Positions 12,358-23,717 of a stretch of 64,000 nt of DNA are shown here, in pieces. Position 1 is the stretch's first letter. Every line of letters starts with the position of its first letter. Source of the stretch: Phoronis australis (lineage: Eukaryota > Animalia > Phoronida); NCBI GenBank assembly GCA_002633005.1, contig NMRA01000034.1:279259-343258 (forward strand), read 5' to 3'. The notes under the pieces were generated by a model, which made no database searches, was not told where the DNA came from, and saw only the letters and a program-made list of their open reading frames with translations. A program made the translations under genes and the position numbers.

Positions 12358-13890
12358 GTAGACGTTTATTATTCTGCGTTCTGTTTCAAAATGAATTATT
12401 TTCGTAACCAATGGTTATATAAAACTGAAACAATTAAAGTCGACGTGTCATTAGATGTTATGCCTTAGCAGTATTCGTGAGTGTAAGTGTTGAGAAGCCA
12501 GCAATGAATAAACCAATGCGTTACCGGCTTTCGATGCCGGCAATAAAGGTACATTGACCGGGCACTGAGGCCGTGTGAGCGCATGCTAATTCAGTGTTTG
12601 CTGACAGAAAGCTGTTTTGAAACAATTACTCGATTTTATATGCTATGGTCACATGTTAGGGGAATCTTTATTTAGAAATACAAATACTGTGCAACGGTCT
12701 GTGGAAGGGGGACCCGACTTCACGGCCACCGACAAGTAAGTAGATTTTCAGTTTCGTGGCTAATTCACATAAATAATTAGGTTTACATTATTTCTTTGGC
12801 TCACTATTATAGTCTTTTCGTGACTGGAGGTTTTGTTTCCAACTCAAGTTGGTTTATGTTCGTGCCAGTCCCGGCGGCCGCGACGGGCCTGATCGGGTTC
12901 CGAGCAACTGGCCGGGATAACAAGCGTTTTGTGCATTTCAGTAGAACTCATCAAAAAATCACTAGTCTAAACAACACATATCTAGGTTCTCCTGTCTGTA
13001 TTTCATGGAAGAATAGTTCGAACGTACGGACCTTGGTAAATTGGGCTGCCGAACTTTGTAGGCTACAGTGTGTCCAAATACCAATAAATCCGTAACAGTG
13101 AAATAAAACAACGCCGTTTTTATAAGAACTCGGTATATTTTTTAAAAGGGTTTTACGTCGAAGTTTGATGATTTATTGGTGTTAAACGATGAATTCAAGC
13201 GATAAGCTGACACCAGTAACCCGTGTTGTGAACTGCTGAACAGACTGCGTATGAAACCAATGACGTCATTGGATAACTTCAACACCTCCGTCTGCCGTCA
13301 GGTGTCAGGTAACGCAACCGAACGTGCCGTTATCGAGTAGAACTACTCGATCTAAATTGATACAAAATAGGTTGTTTTTTGGGTGGCATTCTTCTTTAAC
13401 ACAGATTGTCTTACAAAAAGATTTACAGATCTCGATTTTTGCAGTTTGGTGACAATGCACACATCCTGAATGGAACAATCCTTTTGTTAAATTCCCTTGT
13501 TTGACGTCGTTTGAATAAGAAAAAAAAAACATGCAAACAGTGTCTGCTAAAATGCAAGGAAAGTAATATCTTTTAAATAAACTACAGTTTTCCCTCAGCG
13601 GGAAGTGGACATTACCTATTTCACCGTTGTCTTCATTTGTGCACTTGTTCTAGCTTGAGTCAGGCCATGTATGTACAAATATAGCAGTAGCGTGGCTCAT
13701 GAGAAATGCCACGAAAGATTTCAATTCGTTGACGATGTAAGTAAAGCGTTCACGAGCTTAAAACCACCAATTTCATATCAAAACATCAAAACCAATACCG
13801 CCAGTCGATTAGCTGTGAATTAAGAACACCTGCAAACAGTACCTGAAGATATGTTTAATAAGCTGATCTCGAGTTACGAGCATTTATTTG

Positions 13891-14690
13891 TATCAGAATG
13901 AATATTGATTAAGCAATTAGTAAGAATAGATCCATTTTAAGTTGCCCAAAATTTGTGCATATGTACTTTAAAATCATGGGGTCAAACTTGTTGACATATA
14001 CTTTAACGTCAAAATCTATTTTTACGAGTTTGGGGTCAAAGTACTCTAGAGATTCTAGAAATTTCTGAGAACAAATGGTAACAGCCAATGATATGATTAG
14101 ATAAGATCATGTGGTTTTTATTAGCCAATCAGTAAATAAGTAGAATAGTATAATATGGGCTAAAACCAAGAAGATATTCAAATGCGCTATAGTAGTTGAA
14201 GCATAAAGACTTGCTACAGTGTACTGGCAATTGTACAACAGAGCCATCTCGTCAGTGGAAGATTCTAGAGAGAATCTTGGCAAGGGCAAGGGTTAACGAA
14301 CAGGAAGTTAACTAAGAGATTGTCACTTGCATCGTGGGTAGTAAGATACTTCTTGAAGTGATGCGTCACCAGAGACTGTGACCAGCAAGTACACTGTCGC
14401 AATACAGTGTGTGTAGTTCGAAGATTCACCAACAGGACTGTCATCCAACAACTGGAGCGTCCTAGCTTGGATAGCAGATAAGACTTTTGATTATTTTGAT
14501 TGATTGATTCAAGTGCTAGCGTAGTTTCTGTTCTTTGTAGTTGATTACTTAATTAACAACAGGTTTCACTTGTTTAATTAGTGGTTATCATATAATAAAT
14601 TAATTACTGGATTTAATTATTCTCTCTCCCTCTACGCACAATCTCAAAGCATAACTAGCTTTTAAACAAACCCCCAGTGAAGCTCTGACA
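13891..14690 (+). mobile_element. Solo LTR, copy 1 (about 800 bp)
   Basis: Ends TATCAGA (TGTCAGA in copy 2) ... TCTGACA; 5-bp flanks ATTTG/GTTTG; two CCAAT boxes and an AATAAA (about 14594); homologous end to end with 21487-22948. Confidence 0.8.
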
Positions 14691-14802
14691 GTTTGTCGAT
14701 ACATACTACGTAGAAGCGAGATAACCAATCAAAACATCAATCACTCATCCAATTTGCTTAGTGTGAAAATTCGTGTTCCCGTGGTTTATGGTATAAGAAA
14801 GA

Positions 14803-14990
14803 ATGGCGAGGCGTTGCGATTGTGGTGGCTGTGTCAACTCAGTATTTGATCACGCTGTGGGTCTTTTCATCTTCCCACAAGACATCAGAGAACTGCAGAT
14901 ATGGCACAAGTATGTACAAGGAATTTGCGTGTTGGTGGACACGACGCACTGGCGCTGGACAAGTTCGTACGTCATACTCATGTCCCCAGA
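14803..14990 (+). pseudogene. Degenerate THAP-domain fragment (DNA transposon remnant)
   Basis: MARRCDCGGCVNS...GLFIFPQDIRELQIWHKYV fits the THAP C-x4-C...FP...W pattern; the closing C-x2-HF is not recognisable. Confidence 0.55.
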
Positions 14991-15142
14991 GCTAAGAAAA
15001 TTTCAGTTGAAGAAGCTTTTCTTCTTATCACTTATTTTTTGAGATATTAAATTCACGGTTGTGATGTACAATGCCGTAAAGGAAGGCTTCATGATGTTGA
15101 ATATGTAATCACTTGTCAAAACAAGGTAAACGGTAATTTTAA

Positions 15143-16440
15143 TGTTATCTCAAACCCTATTTAGTAGCCTCCATTCCAACTCGTATATCAAAAAACTAAG
15201 CTCTGTCAACCAGTGAAAGTATATATTTTCTGAAAGAAAAAAGATCAGAAAATTTGTTTCGTTTATGTACCATTATTATTATTACGTAAACACCTAAATT
15301 TCATTTTTTAAATAAAATATTCACCATTTACCTCAAAAGCGCTGTTGGGAATTTTCGATTAGTCTTTTCGTCTGGCTTCAATGAAAAATCAACTCGCAAA
15401 TATTGCGGTATTTTTGTAAAAAATAGAAGTCGTATTTGTCTTTGTTACTTTACACAAAAACTAAACCTTTATCTCAAAAATCCTAACAGTCTTTTTGAGA
15501 TTGATGAATAAATATTAAGTTTGGAAATTTTCAGCGAAATCCACCCAGCCGCTTTCGAGAACTCGTGTTTCTAAATTCAAATAATGTCGATTTGCCGAAG
15601 CAGAGAAAATGGCGATTAAACTTTGTTCAATGTAACCTACATGTACATGTATGTATGTCTTAACCATGTTAGCTATTTCAACATTCACTCGCAATGTCAA
15701 CTGAATTTGCAGTGCGTAATTAACTTGATTATCATTAAACGTACCTCCCCCAGCCACGACGTGGGATCAACTATTGCTGTTGTTTGACCTACTTAAAAGT
15801 AGGTCAATTAATTGTTATACATATTGTCTGTACGCGTCACGTGCCGGGAGACTGAAGCGAAACCAAGCAAGAAATGGATAACAAAAATCGAGTCAGTGGT
15901 TAAAGCATGTCGTTAGCATCAGATCCAAACAGCGAAGTGTCAATTTACTTATTGAATTAAGGAAATTGGATGAAGATTTATCTCTTTTTACAACTTGCTG
16001 TGTTCATAACCATAGAGGCGTGAGGCGACTAGTAGCATTCGTTCTCAACGGTCGTGTGCATGTAGACGCACAACTCCCCAGGATCAAAACTATGTTTTGT
16101 TTTTGTTTACCCCTGCACCCTTCTGTAATAAGTACACCACGTTGACTCAATATTATGGCGACCCTGTGAATAAGGACTGAGGGTACACACGAAGCTGCTC
16201 TGTACCTGGCGGGAGATTCGATTTGAGTGACAGACCTGTAACCTTTGACCACGGTTAAGTTGTAAACAAATATTCACGCGGTTGTGCGGTTAAAAGGTGG
16301 TTCTGCTAAATCTTTTTTCTCGCTACACGGTATACATTTTGTATTTGAAGTTCCCCGAGAATCAAGATAAGGTATTTTACTAGACACGAGTGAAATATTG
16401 TAAAAATCGTCATTTTTTGTGAATAAGGTTTGAGATAACC
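15143..16440. mobile_element. Non-autonomous TTAA-specific DNA transposon (Kolobok-type), copy 2
   Basis: TTAA|TGTTATCTCAAACCCTATT ... AATAAGGTTTGAGATAACC|TTAA; TTAA on both sides; same orientation as 8408-9788. Confidence 0.82.
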
Positions 16441-19400
16441 TTAAGCACCAAGTTGTTCGATTGTAATACCTTAAAAGTACTGCGCTACGGTTGGGAAATA
16501 TAATGATATTGAGAATGCAAATTCACAATAAATTGTTGAAATGATCAATTCGTCAGATGGTGCCTACATAGGACGTACATCAGGCAGGTTCGCCCTCTTT
16601 CTCCGGTCGACAAGATTGTCGATAATAATCGAATACTGGATTGATATCTTATGAAATCCTCTCAAGTTTTCACTGTCATGAATGGCTATAGAATATGTTT
16701 GAAATCATGAGATAGGTTGGGTTAACAGTGACACGAAAGGTTTTCTCATAGGACCTTATTGCCATGTCTGTACATCTTGCCTATCGGCAACTAGAACTCT
16801 ATAATTTAACCCGTTTATATCCAGAAAGCTGAAATTCCGTAGAATATATTTGTTGACTTTATACACAATCTGATATCAATAAGCTCATGTGACCATGCTT
16901 TTTAGTAGAATTTACCAAAAAGGAAGGCAAATTCAAAACAGTAAGACTAATTACATGACCAAATTTCGTATGTTAATACAAAATCTCAAAAACGCTGTTA
17001 CAGTTTTCTTGTAGTAGAATAGTGGAGAATAACTCGACTTAGTAGCAGCGTTGTGTTGTGTTGTGGACAGTCTCGGTCCGTCAGTGAGATGGTTGTATTC
17101 AGTAACTAAGTGTGGAACACTCAATTACACTAGTAAAGCAACTGGCAGTAGCAAGATGAGGACTGTCTTTATTAGACAAGTGAACGGATTTATATACAAG
17201 TCACAAGTATGTGGGTTGCATGCACCAAACTTTATGATTCAATATTCTACAGGAAAATAACAGGAAGCAACTCTAAAAACTTTCACAACAATCATCTGAA
17301 CTATTCTGTTGTGTTTGCCATATATGGTAATGGTCAGCTGTCTCTAGGCTATGTTTCTGTGAATGACCATTACGCAATCTTGTTTACTACAGAGATCATC
17401 AAAACATGTGTGGATGCACCGGATGGGTTGGCCGCTGACTCAGCTGACAGCCAAAACAAGTTTCTATAAACACAAACAATTGGCTAGCAAAGAAATAATA
17501 TCAATAAGTAATAACACTATCAAACTAACATACTAAGAATTATATGTATCATGAATGTCACAGATTTCATGACATTTCTATAGTTTCATTTTCGTTTTAT
17601 TCAACTTTTAAAAAATGTTTTCACAAAAATCATGTAAGCCGTGCTATTTGTTGATAGTCCCACGTGCAAAAGTGGAACATTTGAAAATCAATTCCTAAAG
17701 ACATTTTGGAGAACAGTGGAAAAAGCGCAATATCTGCAACTGTCATGTGAATTTGTACTTCTGAGATAGGATGATCCGAAGTTGCCAAAAATTGAACATT
17801 TTTCGAGGGCAGTACATCACCTTAAAAGGGTATGGTATAATCAAGGGGTTGTGGGTCGAGTTCGAATTATCAGTCACTTGATAAGCAGCGGCGCGGGAAT
17901 TTTGACCAGCAGTTGCAGAGGAAAGGTTGAGTAAATGACTAACTTTGATGCTTTTAAATCTCACTCAATTATTTTCGCAGCAACATTTGTTGTGATAGAT
18001 TATTCGTAAGCCTATAGTTAGTGAGGATACTTCTGGCGTACACTAAACAACGTTGTGTTTGGTCAATTTATTAAGTATTAGCGTGACATGAAGAACAAAA
18101 CAACCAACAGTACCTAAATAGGCTGCAGACGTCCAGGTTGGCCTTAGTGGCATGTGAGGCTCTGTCCCCGGCCATTAGTGTACAGCTTAGCATATTGAGC
18201 CTGAGCTTCTTTTTTACTTGAAATGTCCCTTTATAGAGTCCTGCCGGGGAGCTCAGTTACACGCTGGGCCTAGTGTTGACAAACTGGTTATGTCTATGTT
18301 TCAAATGGAGAACAAAACTGAAGATTAGCGTATTTGTAAATTTAGTTACGTAGCTTTTAAAAAGAGACTGGAACAGTGGTCGGGCTCCACGTGGATTTAT
18401 TCTCGTGCTACGTACAGTACTACCTTGTTTTGTGCTATAGTTACGGTTGGGTACCAGTATGTGAAAATCGGAAGGATATCGGTACTGATGATGCCAATTC
18501 GATACCGATACTCTTTCGATATCGATACCGAGTACTAAGTTACAACAAACTTGAGATATGAAGACTCGAGTGCCTAACCCTAATCCTGATACTTAGGTTA
18601 CTGAAAATGGGCAAACTATGTCCCATGTTTTATACAATCTTAAAGGGAAATTATCGGCGAAAAATTGATTTTCTGAGACCAGCTTCAGCGAAGAAGCGGA
18701 CTTGTAACCCGTGGACAAGCGCAAACGGAAAGTTACGCCTGCTGAGCTGTCTGTTTCAAGTGAAATTTACCTCGTGTCACATAGTTAACTGCACACAGGG
18801 AAATGAAATACTTACTGACCTGTAAAACCCCGTTGTAGTCAAAACAATAAATGTAGGGCACATGTTTACAATGATCGAACGAGAGATTTGTTATTATAAG
18901 TCAATGATACAACAATTAATTTTAATTAGCTACATATTGTTCTCGGCTGGGCATGCAACTTTCTGCTGGTGAAGCTAAGCAACCCCCCCCCCCGATAACT
19001 GGCCGAGTGATTATTAAGTGTATTTAACAAGTTAAGTCCCTGGTTTTGATTTGAGCAGATGCTTGGCAGACAATGGCGAGAATTGGTGATTTGTAATGAA
19101 ACAGCCGTAAATCGATAGCGCACATTCAAGTAGATTGGCAGAACTTAAGATAATATTCAATGCCAGACGTAAGGCATTCACAAATGAAAAAGCGGAACAT
19201 CAGGATATAGGTCACAACGAAAGGAACAAATGCCCGCCACACAGAAACAACACCCCGATGACGTTTTTTCATTTTAGTAGCGCCCGTAAATTGGAACAGA
19301 GAAATATGAGTAAATCGTGTGCAAACGCACAAAAACATATGTAAATTTTGTCGCGTGTATCAAAAGCGGGCCATTCTGATGTCGTCGGTGGAGGGACACG

Positions 19401-19703
19401 GGCCACAATTAATTCAAACGCCAGGATAACCCCGCTGGAAGCTATAAAGATGACAAGAAGTGCAGTGGTCCTTCTTGCTTGTACGATATTCAAGTCCTAA
19501 AACTGCGGCAATTGTATTTAATCAAGTTTATCAGATAAAAATGTCAATTTTAGAGGTAATTATTGCGGTGTCACCCATCCTCACTCGATAAGGTAATCTA
19601 CACCTCTCCCAGCAACTATCAGACAAAAATGAATTGTTCTGCACCGGTGGTTTCAACAAAATGTCTGTTGACCTGGTGTACAAAAAAATAAATTGCCACT
19701 CAC

Positions 19704-19900
19704 CATTTGCCCTTGTTGTTGCTTAGCAACCCAACAGATACACCGAAGTAGGAATTAGGTGAGCCAGAGAATATCTGTGGGCTGTTTCGAGTGTCCACGT
19801 TGAAGCATGCACTGTTACCAAAGCATAGACCAAACACTAATGCAAGACTGTTCCATGTGGCTGTCTTGGAAACGAGTCTCCGTTGATGACAAAACCACAT
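19704..19900 (-). CDS. Integrin alpha chain, coding exon 1 (signal peptide and start of beta-propeller)
   Basis: gccATG; MWFCH...LALVFGLCFGNSAC|FNVDTRNSPQIFSGSPNSYFGVSVGLLSNNKGK-TG|gtgagt. FN(L/V)D mature N-terminus and SYFGxSV motif; the phase-2 end joins exon 2 across an intron of about 12.7 kb. Confidence 0.93.
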
Positions 19901-21486
19901 GGCTAAATTTGGCTGGGGCTCAACTATGAGGCCCGAAACCTGTTGCTGTAGTGCTGACTAAAACACCACCGTACGTCCTCACAACGGCTGTGTCAAATTA
20001 ACCGGAATTAGTTTTCTATGTATTCCACGCTCACACATACAATGTTCTGTGCAAGAAACTTAAACACTCGATCGCTGGCAGGCGTGGTTGTGACTTCATC
20101 GCTTGATGCAAACACGACAAATAAGTCATTTCCTGAGTTCGGGTCAGCTATCTGATCAACATCCGTGGTGACTTCCCGTCTGTCCCAAACGAAAGAACAT
20201 CCTTTCATGCTGTGTAAGGCAGGCAAGGAATATGTTTTCATGAACTTAGACTTGGCCAGTAAAAATAGCAGTGATTCGTTAGCCGATGCGATCGTTAGCA
20301 TTTTTCAGTGAGCTTTTTTGGTAAGCGAATAAACATGTCATCGTCTGGGTCGGTCCACTGCGTGTAGCTGTTGTCGATTCTTACAATATGACAACTTACT
20401 ATCCCAGTGCGGCGACCAGGGCCGGGTAGACCTGGGGTCATGGGCTCCTCGTTGATTAACAGAATGAAGTAACATTCGGGCATTCGGACTGGTTGGAGAA
20501 TAATACCAATGCATCCTGATTAGTTCGATGTTGAGAAATGTACAGGAATAATGCTATATCTAGCTGTTGAGAACTGCCGTTGTGGATTGCGGCTGTCGCA
20601 ACAAGAAGGGGCTAAATCGGTACATTTCACACATATTCGCGTTTTTGACATACTCAAGGTAACGAAGCGTCAAATAAAACTAGAAAGCGGCTATCTATAC
20701 TTTTCCGGCTCTTCCTAGTACCCTTGTTCACGCAAAAGGGCATGCACCCTGACTTGTGCGCCAGGACCACTCTAGATCCCCTAGGTAGCTCTGTGACAGA
20801 GGCTAACACACTGACCAATGGCTTTAAACCGGACACTGACGTTTCGGATTACATAATACTTAAGAACATCATTAAAGATGGCTTACGTAAATTCATCCTT
20901 ACAAAATTGTCCTAATGTAAGTTGCTTTGAGTGCAACAACGGCACAACAGAAAAGTGGATTCATGAGCATCAGATGGCAGGTATTAGTTGGTTGTTTATT
21001 TTATTTCAACATTTAGGGCCTTGGCCCACATGCTACGATAAAATTTACAGGATAACGCTGAGCAGCTTTTCCCTGAGGGTAGTGGCGTGCAAAACTTTCA
21101 GTAGATTAATCTGAGCAATAAGCTCGAACATTTTAATTTGCTTTACAAATTTATGTTTATTTGGTTCACGCCAGCACCACTCAGGTATAAATGCAGTTCT
21201 CAGAGAACAGTACTTTTTACATTGTCCTAATTAAGTTTCACTGAGACGTGATGCTTTGAGTGCGACAACGCACAGGCCAGTGAAAGGTGGATTCATGAGC
21301 ACGGCAGGTATTAGTTATCTACCTTTGATAATACAGCAGTTCTCTTCTGTTATGAAACCAGCATCCGGGATCAAATCTTTTTACTCGAAATCAAAATCGA
21401 AATTTGTTTGGCACTTTCTATTCTACTTTCATATGTTTAAACCATAATTTATCGGAGCACAGAACAGTAGACACTTACTTGAGCTC

Positions 21487-22948
21487 TGTCAGAATAAATA
21501 TTGATTATTTAAGTAATTAGTAGAGATAATTTCATTTAAATTGCCCAAAACTTGTGCATATGCACTTTTAAACCATGAGTCAAACTCGTTTACATGTATT
21601 TGGGACGTTAACATCCATTTTCAGATGATATTTACCACTTTGGTTCTAGGGTCAATGTCTTTAAAGTTTCTAGAAATTTCTGAGAGCAGATGGTAACAGC
21701 CAATGATATGATTAGATAAGCAATCTAGATCATGTGGTTTTTATAAGACAAACGTAAAGTAAGTGCGTTATTATAATTTTGGCAGAAGTTTGGAAAATAC
21801 TCAGATGGGATTTAATAGTTGAAGCTAGATTTGCTACAGTGTACAGAAGAAATTGTACGACAGAGCCATTTCATGGAAGATTCTCAAGAGAGTCTTGGCA
21901 AGGGCAAATATTAACGTACACTATGAGGAAGTTAATTTAGAGCTTGTCACTTGCATCGTGGGTAGTAAGAAACTGCTTGCAAGTGTTGCGTCAAGAGCAA
22001 CTGTGACCAGCAAGTACTCTATGTGGCAGTACAGTGTGTGTTAGTTCGAAGATTCACCAATAGGACTGTCATACAACGATAGACTCCTACAGCTTCGAGA
22101 ACACACATCAATGGACTCTTCGCCCTTTCTTCACTCTGTCAAAAACTGCATGCAAAGAAAGAAATGTTTTGAGTCCGTTCATATCACAAGCCTTGCAGAT
22201 GAGCTCAGAAACTTTATTCTCTCTCGTATTTTTGACCCTTTAACTCCCACTGAAAACCAGGCTAAACTGAGAAAAATAGGGACAAAAACGCCAAATAGGC
22301 ACTTTTCACACCAAAACTACCATTTCCTGCCAATGCTCGACCAAAGCCGACATTAGATTCCGAAAGCAAGTTTCCTACCAATTCCAAAAATGTGGTCCAA
22401 ATGTACTGTCAACCAACTATTTTTTTGAAAATCAGGCTTGTTTGAGGGCTACCTGAAATCGCGGCCAATTTATCAGTTTCGAGCCAGCAATGCACAATTG
22501 CAACAGGGGGCCACCATCTTGAAGAAAAGTGCAGCTACAGCCGAGTAAGTGGTCATTTTTCATCCTCAGCATGTCCACAAATACAAACAAACCACATTCA
22601 CTTGGCCTACATACAACACCCAACTAAAAAATGCCCCCAGCCTGGCCTACCCCTATATTTTAATATTTTGGGAGTGCAGCAGCCTAAATGTTCAGTGCTG
22701 CCACCAAAACATATAAGACGTTTGATTATTTTTAGTTAATTGATTGAAATAATCCTTACAGAGTGCGCTAGCGTATAGTTACACTTCTTCATGATTGTTG
22801 GTCTACTTTATCAACAACGGGTTCACTTGTTTTAGCTGGTGGTTATCATATAATAAATTAATTACTGGATTTAATCATTCTCTTTCCATCCACGCACAAT
22901 CTCAAAGCATGTCTACCTTTTAAACGAACCCACAGTCAACTTCTGACA
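21487..22948 (+). mobile_element. Solo LTR, copy 2, carrying a secondary insertion of about 600 bp
   Basis: TGTCAGA...TCTGACA; flanks AGCTC/AGTTC; aligns to 13891-14690 except for extra sequence at about 22104-22711. Confidence 0.8.
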
Positions 22949-23544
22949 AGTTCAGTCGCACATCGAGTGAAATGCCAAAAATAATATCGATCATTTTGAA
23001 TACAACGAGGCTTGAACTGCATGAGTGAATGTTTACTTTCCAATAGCTAACACAAAGCGAAGTTCGTGTACCAAATTAGCCGGTCAAAAATAATTACCCA
23101 GTTTATAATTGTATAACTAATGGAAATATGACCGTGCTTTTGGTCATTTTTTTGTATCTAAAATGATATGAAGTGTTCTAGCAGAAGACCCATCAGCCGG
23201 TTCGTTAATACCGTGACCATGTTTTTTCTTACCCCCGTCATTTCTCGTTTCCCGTTGTAGAATAATAAATCTAGGGGGTGCATGTATATAGTCCAGCCAG
23301 CTACATAGTTAGATCCCGGACCTGTAAACTAGGATTCGCTCTCGAAAACGACACTCGTTCAGTTGGAAAATTCTGGTTTGAAGTCAACTCAACACGTAGG
23401 CTACTGCAAAACGCCCTGTCCGATTTTTTGCAACTCTTGTATTTGATTGTCCAAAAGAAGTGAAAAAACGTCGTTTACTTGGACCATTCTGCCATTTTTT
23501 TCAACGAAGTCGGTCATCAACGCTCATGACACTCTGCTATCTGA

Positions 23545-23717
23545 CCGGGGATTTCCGATAAAGCGCCTATCTCCACAAAATTAAAAAGAAATGATGCCCA
23601 AGGATCTTTCCGGGAATGAAAAATAACTTTAAGAAATCGTTGTTTCCAAAACAGCGGGAAGAAAAAGCAAGTTGAAGAAATTATTGTCGTCCAGGGCGCT
23701 TTATCTGAAACCTCCGG
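23545..23717. mobile_element. Small MITE
   Basis: TIR CCGGGGATTTCCGATAAAGCGCC versus reverse complement CCGGAGGTTTCAGATAAAGCGCC; right flank TA, left flank GA. Confidence 0.55.

Noticed and set aside
20008-20483. Two minus-strand ORFs upstream of the integrin ATG
   Set aside because: No recognisable domain or splice signals; probably promoter-region background ORFs.
20647-20880. CCGAAACGTCAG on the minus strand suggesting another Penelope hammerhead
   Set aside because: No CTGAnGA core or stem II upstream; at most a fragment.
13891-22948. A full-length LTR retrotransposon spanning both LTRs
   Set aside because: Each LTR has its own TSD, and the interval contains the integrin exon with no gag or pol remnants.
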